Origin: Sphingomonadales bacterium
Lineage (GTDB): Bacteria; Pseudomonadota; Alphaproteobacteria; Sphingomonadales; Sphingomonadaceae
Length of the DNA: 64,000 bases
Direction: 5' to 3'
NCBI GenBank assembly: GCA_027485735.1
Contig: JAIXQM010000007.1
Location: 36,007-100,006, forward strand
The notes under the pieces are model-generated. The model searched no databases. It saw only the letters and a list, made by a program, of their open reading frames with translations, and had not been told where the DNA came from. Position 1 is the stretch's first letter. Each line of letters starts with the position of its first letter. Positions 46,590 to 55,200 of the stretch are shown piece after piece. Made by a program: the position numbers and the translations under genes.

Positions 46590-47381
46590 TTGAGCGATCA
46601 TCAGGTCATGCGCTGGCTGTTGGCTCCGATAATGTTCTGTCTGCCCGCTGTTCTTGAGGCGCGGGAGGCCGCCGTTCTGCAGTTCAGCGTGACGGGGAAC
46701 AGTGCGGAGCCCGGCCAGACGCTGGGCAACACTGGATTTGTTCTCAACATTCTTGGTACGCCGCCCCCGTACCGAGGCTTGCCGAGAACCACGCCTGCAT
46801 TTTCGCCACAGGCAGCTGTCGTCGGACAGGCAATCAATGATCGGGGGCTGTCGTCCAGCTGCACGGTCCAACCGATGCCAGCTCTGACCATGCAGATTAC
46901 GCGTGAAGCGGCGCTGCGGCGCCAGCAATACTGGCGCCATGTTGCCGATGCCGAGTGTCGTCATGGCTTACCATCGGGAATTCTCGACGCGCTTGTCCTG
47001 CAGGAAAGCCGCTATCTGCCTGATGCGATGAGCGCCGCCGGTGCGGTAGGCCTGGCCCAGCTGATGCCCGCCACCGCGCGCAGCTTTGGTGTACACGACC
47101 GGCTCGATCCTTTGGCCAATCTTGAGGGCGGCGCCCGATTTCTGCGGACAATGCTGGACCGGTTCGGGTCGGTCAGTCTGGCGCTTGCCGCCTACAATGC
47201 CGGCCCCGGCCGGGTCGAAGCCGCGCGGGGAGTTCCGGCCATTTCCGAAACCCAGAATTATGTGCGCAGCGTCCTCAGTTTCTGGTCTGCGCTGTCGAGC
47301 GACCCGAGGCGATCACTGCGGGCGACAGCGGAGCTTCTGGGGTTCGCGTCCACGGTAGAGACCATCCAAACAGAACGATAA
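46590..47381 (+). CDS. Lytic transglycosylase (SLT domain)
   Basis: LQESRY...GAVGLAQLMPATA...AYNAGPGRV comprises the SLT catalytic Glu and conserved motifs. A signal peptide is present. Confidence 0.8.
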   Translation: MSDHQVMRWLLAPIMFCLPAVLEAREAAVLQFSVTGNSAEPGQTLGNTGFVLNILGTPPPYRGLPRTTPAFSPQAAVVGQAINDRGLSSSCTVQPMPALTMQITREAALRRQQYWRHVADAECRHGLPSGILDALVLQESRYLPDAMSAAGAVGLAQLMPATARSFGVHDRLDPLANLEGGARFLRTMLDRFGSVSLALAAYNAGPGRVEAARGVPAISETQNYVRSVLSFWSALSSDPRRSLRATAELLGFASTVETIQTER

Positions 47382-47619
47382 TGCCCAGCGTCACAGGCGC
47401 GGAGGTCAGATAGACTTTCTGCCAGCGCCACCAGAGTAGCGGTGCAGCCAATATCCAGCCCCGAACGCCTGCAGGATGCCGTCTGTCATCAGTCTGGCAG
47501 TACCAGCAAATTCGGATTGCGGAGAAGATGGCAGCAATGGTGCAACACACACCCATCGCAGCGTATATATCGGTCCAGAGAGCGAGATCAAAGCGCGACA
47601 TTGGGAGCAGCGAGAGCGG

Positions 47620-48396
47620 TCAAGCCGCAACATTGCGCGCAACTTGCGGTCCACCGGCAAGTATGTCAGCTGTTGCGTGGCGTCCGCGCTTTTGCGCCGG
47701 GTAAAGCACCCTTGCCAGAAGCTCAATGTTGGAGCCCAGCGGGAGCTGGTCCCGAAAGGTATCGATACGTTGGTTCACTTCGGCAACGGGCAGTCTGGTC
47801 CTGTCGGCAATAAAGCGCAGTGAGCGGCCGCGCAGCATCAGCTTGGCGATTTCCCGCGTAGCCGGATCGGCTATCACCAGCACCGGCCCTGACCGGTCCC
47901 TTAGCTGACGCGCCCTGTTAAACAGCAGCAGGCAAACATAGGTTGCCGCCGCAGTTTCCTGTTCACCGAGGCAAACCAGTTCGTGATCAACAAAGGATAC
48001 AAAGCCCGGCACCTCTGTCGGCCGGTGCACGGGCATCGTAAAGCCACTCACCATTCCGATGGCCCGGATCTGTCGAAGATAGGCCTGCTGGCTGCACGTC
48101 AGACGCATCCGCTCGGGCAATTCCGACCATTGGAACGGCATTGGTGAGCGGGCTGCAAGCATGATCACCGGGCTGTCGAGATAGGCCAGGTTTCTGGCAG
48201 ACCTTCGCAGCCATTCATTTGGGTAATTGGTCAGGACAAGCCCCGAGCCAATGCCGCCTGACATCGCAGGCTGAAACACACTGTAATGATGGTAGCCTGC
48301 TGCGCGCGCCGCTTGTTCGCAGCAGTCGGCAAGACAGTGCATATCATCAGCGCTGTTGATGGACGCAACAAGGTTGCCAATTCCGGCCTGTGTCAT
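47620..48396 (-). CDS. LuxR/TraR-type regulator (autoinducer-binding domain plus divergent HTH), a solo within this window
   Basis: YHHYSVF...NYPNEWLRRSARNLAYLDSPV...PFQWSE resembles the autoinducer-binding domain. The C-terminal TREIAKLMLRGRSLRFIADRTRLPVAEVNQRI is a LuxR-like HTH. Confidence 0.65.
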   Translation of the reverse strand: MTQAGIGNLVASINSADDMHCLADCCEQAARAAGYHHYSVFQPAMSGGIGSGLVLTNYPNEWLRRSARNLAYLDSPVIMLAARSPMPFQWSELPERMRLTCSQQAYLRQIRAIGMVSGFTMPVHRPTEVPGFVSFVDHELVCLGEQETAAATYVCLLLFNRARQLRDRSGPVLVIADPATREIAKLMLRGRSLRFIADRTRLPVAEVNQRIDTFRDQLPLGSNIELLARVLYPAQKRGRHATADILAGGPQVARNVAA

Positions 48397-48470
48397 ACGC
48401 AGTCCACCACTTAATGGTTGGTTGACATCAATCCCTGTTCTGTTTGAGCCGTATCGCAATATGTCGAAGA

Positions 48471-48893
48471 CTAAAGATTTTCCAAGAGGTCATTTAGCCG
48501 CTGTTCGCGGCGTGCGGCTGCCTCGATTAGGCTTCTTGCCATCTGCCGCGCCGCCTGTTTTGCCCAGCGCTGATCGAGCATGTCGGGCGACACCGAGCTG
48601 GTGTGCTCAAGCAATGTGTGGACCAGATCGTCCAGAAAATCGGTCATTGCTGCAGCATAAGCCGGGTCATGCACTTCAAGCAGGATGTAACGGGCCAGCA
48701 GCGCCTGGCATTCGTGGCGCCGGTCAACTGTGTGTTCGAGGGACGCCGTGATCCTGTAGGCTTGTCGGACCGAGATCCCCAGACGTGCAGCAATGACCTT
48801 GGTAAGGCGATGTCCGCCGCTGGTCATGGAGGAACGTGCTCCACCCGGCTTCCTGGACCGGCAATCAACGCCCTGCGACATCGCCACCTCCAC
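48471..48893 (-). CDS. Hypothetical regulator with a putative HTH (140 aa)
   Basis: LTKVIAARLGISVRQAYRI is HTH-like. An AT-rich promoter region lies upstream. The start is uncertain. Confidence 0.45.
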   Translation of the reverse strand: MEVAMSQGVDCRSRKPGGARSSMTSGGHRLTKVIAARLGISVRQAYRITASLEHTVDRRHECQALLARYILLEVHDPAYAAAMTDFLDDLVHTLLEHTSSVSPDMLDQRWAKQAARQMARSLIEAAARREQRLNDLLENL

Positions 48894-48937
48894 AACGAGA
48901 CAGCAGAATAACCTATAAATGTATTATCATCAAGATG

Positions 48938-49336
48938 TCATAGATCTAGATATGTCATGTGCGCAGGCCAGCCAAATTCCGGGCGGGCCATGCGGACCAG
49001 TCCGACGATCAGGGCCTCAGGCTTGGAAAGAGTACGGTTTGCGACAAGGCCGAGGAAACGCTGGCATTCTTTCACGGCAAGCACATCCTGGGCCTTGAGA
49101 CCCACGTGGATATACTGCGGCGCCTTCCAGCTGACCGCTTCGAACCGACGGATAAGCAGCTCAACAAGCAGCCGATCGTCGTCAATGACGCGGTCCATAC
49201 CATAAAGGGCGGCTGTTCGGATCGAGGCCGGCCGGTCCTGAAGGATGGTGACGTGGTGGATCGCAGCCGCCGCGTGAATCATGAGCGCGCGGGACTTGGG
49301 CACATTCTGGAGCTGAACGCGGTCGGCGTTGTCCAT
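48938..49336 (-). CDS. Hypothetical 132-aa protein, divergent from the T4SS operon
   Basis: Clean ORF with ATG at 49336. No motif was recognised. Confidence 0.45.
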   Translation of the reverse strand: MDNADRVQLQNVPKSRALMIHAAAAIHHVTILQDRPASIRTAALYGMDRVIDDDRLLVELLIRRFEAVSWKAPQYIHVGLKAQDVLAVKECQRFLGLVANRTLSKPEALIVGLVRMARPEFGWPAHMTYLDL

Positions 49337-49338
49337 TT

Positions 49339-49442
49339 TGTCGACACCCCTCTCCGAATCATTGCCCTACGCGGCTGCTGACATCAATGTCACAATTGAA
49401 TGGCATTTTCGACACAAATTACTGACATAAATGTCATCGACA
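49339..49442. promoter_or_regulatory. Repeat-rich AT-rich control region between the 132-aa gene and traA
   Basis: TGACAT-CA-ATGTCA at 49379-49392 and TGACAT-AA-ATGTCA at 49423-49436. TGTCGACA at 49339-49346. TCGACA at 49409-49414 and 49437-49442. Confidence 0.6.
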
Positions 49443-49618
49443 GTCATGTAACGCACTCCTTATTGCTGCCTGTGCTCATTTTCTGTCGCGTTTGCGAACG
49501 GATCGAACACGGTCAGGCCTGATTTTCACCCCTGCTCCTCTCGCCCGCTTCCCCTGACCCCGGTGATTGCGCGTCAATGGCCTGCGGTCAATCCGACCGC
49601 CTTTGGAGGAAGATCATC

Positions 49619-49936
49619 ATGACCAGCATTCGTGCCTTGCGCAGTGGGGTCGGCCGCCTGGCCGATGTCACTGCGGTCATGACCATCGCAGCGCTCGGCG
49701 CTGCGGCGGCCATGGCTGGTGCCGACGCGACATTCGCGCCGGCGCTGACCACCTTCACCAACTACCTCGAGGGTTCGGGCGGTGCCATCATCACCGTGCT
49801 CAGCCTGGCGGGCGGCATCATCGGCATGGCCTCCGGGCGGTTCAGCCTGGGTCAGGTTGCTGTGCCAGTCGCTACCGGCATTGGCGTTGGCACCGGTGTG
49901 CCGATCGTCACCGCCGCCGTCACCGCGACGATCTGA
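49619..49936 (+). CDS. traA: Conjugative pilin precursor (TraA-like)
   Basis: ATG behind GGAGGAAG. It has a long leader and then two hydrophobic segments (GGAIITVLSLAGGIIGMA, VPVATGIGVGTGVPIVTAAV). It is the first gene of the T4SS operon. Confidence 0.6.
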   Translation: MTSIRALRSGVGRLADVTAVMTIAALGAAAAMAGADATFAPALTTFTNYLEGSGGAIITVLSLAGGIIGMASGRFSLGQVAVPVATGIGVGTGVPIVTAAVTATI

Positions 49937-49970
49937 TCGTTCGTGGTCAACTGAAGGCGGCGTTGCGCGC

Positions 49971-50258
49971 ATGTCCGACAAATATCTCATTCCCCGCCGG
50001 CTCGACGATCCCGAGCTGATCGGACTTTGGACCGTCGATGAGTTTGTGGCGATGGTCGGGCCGTTCCTGTGGGGGGTACTCTCGGAGCACATCGTCATTG
50101 GACTCGGTCTTGCAGCCGTTGCGTGGGTGGCACTCCGCAAACTCAAATCGGGACGCTCTTCCTCCTGGCTGCTGCATCTTGGCTATTGGCATCTGCCCTC
50201 GGGATTTTTCGGACTGAAGCGCACGCCGCCTTCTCATTGCCGGCTGCTGGCGGGGTAA
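49971..50258 (+). CDS. traL: TraL (F-type T4SS)
   Basis: MSDKYLIPRRLDDPELIGLWTVDEFV matches the TraL N-terminal signature. Confidence 0.8.
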   Translation: MSDKYLIPRRLDDPELIGLWTVDEFVAMVGPFLWGVLSEHIVIGLGLAAVAWVALRKLKSGRSSSWLLHLGYWHLPSGFFGLKRTPPSHCRLLAG

Positions 50259-50263
50259 GATTG

Positions 50264-50830
50264 ATGCTCGCTGAAGTCTCTCATCAGAAATCCCAGGCGA
50301 TCCTCAAGCAGCGCAACATGCTGGCGATGCTCTGCCTCGCGCTGGTCGGTGTGATGCTGGTTGTCGTGATGCTGTTCTCAGCCAAAGACCGTGAGGTCAT
50401 CCTGCAGCCCATTCTCAGCCGCCCGATGACGGTTTCTTCAGCCGGACCGACCGCCGACTATCTGGAATTGGTCACCCGCGACACGGCGTCTGTGATCCTG
50501 AACCGCTCACCCACGGCCCTTGAATACTGGATGGAGCAGGTGCTGCGCGTTGTTGATCCCGGCTATCAGGGCCGGATCAAGGCCGAACTGCTGAAGATCG
50601 TCACTGAGCAGAAGGACAGCGATGTCGCCCAGGCCTTCTCGATGACCGGCATGAAAGTCGATCCGCAGGCCCTGACATCCGAGGTGACCGGGGTCGTGAC
50701 CGTGTTCGTCGGCAAGAAGATCATCGCGTCGGACAAGCGCACTTTCCGTTTTCGCTGGTCCTATCAGGGCCTCAGCCTCGCCATGGTCGAATTTGGCGAG
50801 GTGCTCCCCAAGGGCGCGAAGGAGTTCTGA
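50264..50830 (+). CDS. traE: TraE (F-type T4SS)
   Basis: An N-terminal TM segment plus a periplasmic domain, in conserved position after traL. Confidence 0.75.
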   Translation: MLAEVSHQKSQAILKQRNMLAMLCLALVGVMLVVVMLFSAKDREVILQPILSRPMTVSSAGPTADYLELVTRDTASVILNRSPTALEYWMEQVLRVVDPGYQGRIKAELLKIVTEQKDSDVAQAFSMTGMKVDPQALTSEVTGVVTVFVGKKIIASDKRTFRFRWSYQGLSLAMVEFGEVLPKGAKEF

Positions 50831-50832
50831 CG

Positions 50833-51546
50833 ATGCGCCAGCCTCTCATCCTCATGCTTTGTGCCGGCGCTGCCGCACCCGCCGCTGCCGATCAGTATCG
50901 CATGGCCGCTGACAATGCCCGCATCGAGTGCGTGGCTTCCAAGCGCGACCTCACCCGCATCAGCCTCGTGAACGACCAGTTTGCTTCGGTCTCCAAGGTC
51001 GCAACCGGCGTTCCCTACAACGACTTCACGGTCGTCAACGAGCCGGTGCGCGGTGACATCTACATCTCGGTGCCGGAGACCTATGCCGCTCGCACGATCA
51101 ACTTCTTCGCCACTTCGAAGAAAGGATATGTCTACAAGTTCGTGTGCCAGGTGGCGCCGGTCGAGGCGCAGCAGATATTCCTGACCAACCCCGCGATTGC
51201 CCAGACAAAGGCCCGCGACTGGGAACAGGAAACCCCGATCCAGACAACTGCGATGCGTCTCATTCAGGCAATGGCAACGCAGGCAACCGTCGAGGGCTAT
51301 GAGATTCGCCAACCCAGCACTGCACCGGTCACGGTCGGGCCGCTGTCGGTTCGGCTGATCGCCGAGTATCGCGGCGCCCGGCTGATCGGCAAGTCGCTGC
51401 GCATCGAGAACAAAGGTGCTGTGCCTCTTGTGCTGAAGGAAGCCGAGCTAGCACCGCAGGGCACGCTGGCGGTCACCATTGCCCGACCCGAACTCGCCCC
51501 CGGCGAGGCGACTTCAGCTTGGCTCGTTGGACAGGGAGAGCGCTGA
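50833..51546 (+). CDS. traK: TraK (F-type T4SS, VirB9-like)
   Basis: Signal peptide. Sequence ...CVASKRDLTRISLVND... and its operon position fit TraK. Confidence 0.75.
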   Translation: MRQPLILMLCAGAAAPAAADQYRMAADNARIECVASKRDLTRISLVNDQFASVSKVATGVPYNDFTVVNEPVRGDIYISVPETYAARTINFFATSKKGYVYKFVCQVAPVEAQQIFLTNPAIAQTKARDWEQETPIQTTAMRLIQAMATQATVEGYEIRQPSTAPVTVGPLSVRLIAEYRGARLIGKSLRIENKGAVPLVLKEAELAPQGTLAVTIARPELAPGEATSAWLVGQGER

Positions 51547-53009
51547 TGTCCCTTCTCGACTGGTTCCAGGGCACGGTCACGCCGCGCGGCAGCGACGCGG
51601 GCACAGCAGCACCATCAAATGACGGTTCGCGAGCGGCGGCTGAACCGCTCGGGAGTGTCAATGCAAGAGTGGCCGCGCGACAGCGAATGCTCCTGCTTGC
51701 AGGAAGTTCGGTGCTGCTGGCGGCCGGTCTCATCTACATCAATTCCCAATCGAAACGTAGCGGCGGCCCGGCACCAACCGAAGCGCAGGAGATCAGAATT
51801 TCCACCGACCAGATGGTCGGGCGCAAGCTGGCTCAGAAAGAGTGGGTCGCCCAGTCCGAAAACCAGATCGCTGATCTCAATGGTCGCCTCAAGACCGCTG
51901 AAAACAAAGTCGACAGGGTCACCGCCTATGACGCGCGCATTGCGCAGCTTGAGCAGGAAAATGCCCGCATCAAGGCTGATGGCGCGCGCCTGTTCCAGAT
52001 TTATGAGCAACAGAACAAGGGCCAGGCAGCAAAAATCGCCGAACTGGAAGCTGGCGGGGGGCGCGCAGCGGCCAGTGGTGGTGGTGCCCCAAGTGGTCCA
52101 ACCGATAGCGGCGTTGCGCGCTGGCAGCAGCCAGCCAATGATCCCTTCAGGGTCGCCGGCGCTGCCGGGGCGCAAGCACCGCGACCGCGCTGGGCAGGTG
52201 CCGGCGCAGAAGCGGGGGCTGCGCCGGGCTTTGACAGCCTGGCCACCCCTGCCGAGGTCAAGACCATCAGCTTCACCGTATCCGGCAAGGCGGGTGACAA
52301 GGACGCCGGCGGGGGCTTCGTGCGGGGACGGCCGGATGCGCCGCCGACGGTCATCGAGGATTCACCCGATTATCTGCCGCCCAACAGCTACGCGCCGGCG
52401 CGGGTCATAGTCGGTGTAGATGCAAGCGCTGGTGTAAGCTCGCAAACTGATCCGCTGCCGGTCGTGCTGCGCATCACCGGTCCGGCGCGATCTGTGGTGA
52501 ACAACGGAAAATTGCTGACCACCCGACTTGAAGGCTGCGTCGTCAATGGTGCGGCGCGCGGCGATCTGTCGGCCGAGAAAGTCTATGTGAAGCTGGCCAA
52601 AATGACCTGCGACCAGCCCGGTGGCCGGGTTGCCGTGTCCGAAGTCAAGGGGTTCATCAGTTTCGCAGGCAAGACAGGCGTGCGCGGTAAAGTTGTCAGC
52701 CGTGAAGGCAATCTCGTCACCCAGGCCTTCATTGCCGGCATCGCTGGCGGGTTCGGCCGCGGGTTCACCGCCAACGCCAACGCGATCTTTCGGGGCGGGC
52801 TGGTCGCGGCGCCGGGCCAGCCCATTCCGCAGCTCGACGCTGGCCAGATCGCCAGCGCTGGCATCGGCCAAGGCGTGGGCCAGGCCGCCGATATGGTCAG
52901 CAAATACCTCATCGAGCGCGCCGAGCAATATCAGCCGATCATCGAAATGCCCACCGGCATCGATGTCGAGATCGTCTTTCTTGATGGCGTCTATGTGAGG
53001 GGGTCCTGA
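51546..53009 (+). CDS. traB: TraB (F-type T4SS, VirB10-like)
   Basis: TM segment, coiled coil, Pro-rich linker and a C-terminal VirB10-like domain. TGATG overlap with traK. Confidence 0.8.
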   Translation: MSLLDWFQGTVTPRGSDAGTAAPSNDGSRAAAEPLGSVNARVAARQRMLLLAGSSVLLAAGLIYINSQSKRSGGPAPTEAQEIRISTDQMVGRKLAQKEWVAQSENQIADLNGRLKTAENKVDRVTAYDARIAQLEQENARIKADGARLFQIYEQQNKGQAAKIAELEAGGGRAAASGGGAPSGPTDSGVARWQQPANDPFRVAGAAGAQAPRPRWAGAGAEAGAAPGFDSLATPAEVKTISFTVSGKAGDKDAGGGFVRGRPDAPPTVIEDSPDYLPPNSYAPARVIVGVDASAGVSSQTDPLPVVLRITGPARSVVNNGKLLTTRLEGCVVNGAARGDLSAEKVYVKLAKMTCDQPGGRVAVSEVKGFISFAGKTGVRGKVVSREGNLVTQAFIAGIAGGFGRGFTANANAIFRGGLVAAPGQPIPQLDAGQIASAGIGQGVGQAADMVSKYLIERAEQYQPIIEMPTGIDVEIVFLDGVYVRGS

Positions 53010-53011
53010 CC

Positions 53012-53872
53012 ATGGCCAGCACAAGCACTTCGACAGTTGCACAGACCGATTGGACGCTCTCGCGCCGCCAGTGGGCCATCGCTGCTGCGATCGGGCTTGC
53101 AGGCGCTGGCGCTGGTATGGTTGGCACCATGGCCTGGGCCAAGCGCGACACCGGCACTGCGGTGCGCGAAGCGCTTGAGTTCCGTCTCCCGAAGACGAAG
53201 ATCTCGGCTGTTGATTGCAGCAAGCTGCCCGGATTGTGCGAGATCGCAGCCGGGCAAACCCTGTTCTACACTGATCCCAACGCGCGTTACCTCGTCATCG
53301 GCCGTGTCTATGACATGGAAAGCCGCACCGATCTGACCGCGACCCGGCTCCTTGAGCTCAACCCGGATACGCTGCTGGCGGGTGCCGCACACAATAACGC
53401 GGACGCGAGGGGTGAGGCCCAGGCCGCAACGACAGCTGCGCCGCCAACGCGAGTACCGCTGGCAAATCTACCGAAAGCTGGTGCCATCCGCTGGGGCAAA
53501 CCGGGCGGCCCGCGCCTCGTGGTGTTTTCAGACTTTCGCTGCAGCTATTGCCGGCAGCTTTCGGAGGGGCTGTCCGGGCTCGATGTCGAGGTTGAAGAGC
53601 GACCAATTTCGGTGCTCGGTACCCGCGCGCTGACCGAAGCCGTCTATTGCGCGAAGGATCCGGTCAAGGCCCTCCACGCTGCCTATCGGGGCGAGGAGGT
53701 CTCGGCGCCGGCGCGCTGCGACACCTCCGGACTTGATGCCAATGAGGCCTTTGCCCGCAAACACGGGTTCACCGGCACGCCGATCATCGTGCGTGCCGAT
53801 GGCACGGTGCTGCGCGGCTATCACCCGGCGCCAGCACTGGCCGCCTGGCTTGCTGGAAAGCCCGTCGCATGA
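53012..53872 (+). CDS. DsbC/TrbB-like thiol:disulfide interchange protein
   Basis: FSDFRCSYCRQL is the CxxC thioredoxin-fold active site. The position matches dsbC of SXT-type T4SS operons. Confidence 0.75.
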   Translation: MASTSTSTVAQTDWTLSRRQWAIAAAIGLAGAGAGMVGTMAWAKRDTGTAVREALEFRLPKTKISAVDCSKLPGLCEIAAGQTLFYTDPNARYLVIGRVYDMESRTDLTATRLLELNPDTLLAGAAHNNADARGEAQAATTAAPPTRVPLANLPKAGAIRWGKPGGPRLVVFSDFRCSYCRQLSEGLSGLDVEVEERPISVLGTRALTEAVYCAKDPVKALHAAYRGEEVSAPARCDTSGLDANEAFARKHGFTGTPIIVRADGTVLRGYHPAPALAAWLAGKPVA

Positions 53873-53982
53873 CCGGCGCCACCACCCTTGCCGCTGGCAT
53901 CTTTGGCATGATGGCCCGCCCCACATGGGCAATCGCCACCGCTGTTCCCGCCGTCCTCTGTGATCTTGCGCTGGGAGTCTGA
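53869..53982 (+). CDS. Candidate 37-aa hydrophobic micro-protein (not in the ORF track)
   Basis: ATG overlaps the dsbC-like stop (ATGA), and its TGA lies 3 nt before the traV ATG. The product is MTGATTLAAGIFGMMARPTWAIATAVPAVLCDLALGV. Confidence 0.4.
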   Translation: MTGATTLAAGIFGMMARPTWAIATAVPAVLCDLALGV

Positions 53983-53985
53983 GCC

Positions 53986-55200
53986 ATGACCCGTATTCCG
54001 CTTGTTCTGCTGCTGCTCTCGGTTTCGCTGTCCGGCTGTTTTCGCGGATCCAACGTGAAGGGTGATTTTGCCTGCAAGACGCCCGGCGGGACCTGCGCAC
54101 CAATGACCATCATTGACGGCGAGGCGCTTGCCGGCATGTCGTCGGGTGGCATCGGCGCAATCCGGACACCCGGCACGTTGCCGCCACCCACCGCTCCTGT
54201 CCGAGCCGGCTCGATCGCAGGTCTTGACGACACGGCTCCGGTTCGCTCGGCCGAGCGGGTGCTGCGCGTGGTGTTCCCGGCCCATATCGACAGCGACGGC
54301 GTTTATCGCGAGGAATCGGCTGCCCATGCGGTTGTTGAGCCTTCAGCCTGGGCCCGGGCGTTGGGTGTGCCCGCGACCGAGCCGCGCCGCCTGCCCGCCT
54401 TGCGGCAGGGCGGAGCCGTTCCTGCCGTTCCCGCAGCCGGTCAGCAGGCAGCGGTTCCCGCGCCCGGCCTGCTGGCCGGCATGGACGAAGTTGTGGCGGC
54501 TCTCGCTGCTCGTCGCACCGGCGCTGCCGCAGCTGCTGCCCCGGCGGCAGCGCCAGTCGCGCGGTCGGCCCCGGTTCAGGTCGCAAATCCGGCAGCCGGA
54601 GCTGGCTCCACGCCGTTTACTGGCCCGTCGCGTGCTGGCGTGGCATTGAGCCTGGCCGAAGCGGCCGCCGGGCTTGCAGCGCCGCCCCTGCCGCCCCTCG
54701 ATCCGTCCGGTCCCGGAAATTACGATACGCCTGACGTGACGGCCGCCATGCGCCCAGCGCAACCGGAAGTTGTGTCCACCAGGCCAGCGTCTGCGCTTGC
54801 GGGCACGTCCGCCAGCACGGATGCCGGTACGCGAACCGTCCGCAGCACGGGCAAGACCTTTACCATCCCACTGGCCCGAGCCTTCTCCACCCGCGATACC
54901 GCTGAATCTCCCGGCGTCACCACGGCCGAGCTCAACCGGCGCGCATTGCTGAAGGCAGGTGACCTGGCTCCGCAATTGCGCGCGGAAGCGATGAAGGAGG
55001 AGCGGCTCGGCTCAGCGCCTGCTGGAGCTGTTCCCGAAACACCAGCACAACCGGCTTCAGCCACGTCCGCACAAGGCAATGTCGCAGCGCGGGTCCGCGC
55101 GATGGCTGGCCCCCAGCCTGATCCTCGGGCGAGCAAGGATGGCGTCATCGATCGGGCGTCAGCGCCGGCCTCGCCTGTCAGTCAGGAGCCCAGGCCATGA
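53986..55200 (+). CDS. traV: TraV lipoprotein with a long Ala/Pro-rich C-terminal extension
   Basis: Lipobox LSLSGC followed by GDFACKTPGGTCAPM, the TraV Cys pattern. 404 aa. Confidence 0.7.
   Translation: MTRIPLVLLLLSVSLSGCFRGSNVKGDFACKTPGGTCAPMTIIDGEALAGMSSGGIGAIRTPGTLPPPTAPVRAGSIAGLDDTAPVRSAERVLRVVFPAHIDSDGVYREESAAHAVVEPSAWARALGVPATEPRRLPALRQGGAVPAVPAAGQQAAVPAPGLLAGMDEVVAALAARRTGAAAAAAPAAAPVARSAPVQVANPAAGAGSTPFTGPSRAGVALSLAEAAAGLAAPPLPPLDPSGPGNYDTPDVTAAMRPAQPEVVSTRPASALAGTSASTDAGTRTVRSTGKTFTIPLARAFSTRDTAESPGVTTAELNRRALLKAGDLAPQLRAEAMKEERLGSAPAGAVPETPAQPASATSAQGNVAARVRAMAGPQPDPRASKDGVIDRASAPASPVSQEPRP

Noticed and set aside
47275-47601. 108-aa minus ORF with hydrophobic segments between the SLT gene and the LuxR-type gene.
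   Set aside because: It overlaps the convergent SLT gene by 107 nt. My codon-position GC counts for 47401-47520 are flat (55-60% at all three positions). The region is more simply a convergent intergenic spacer.
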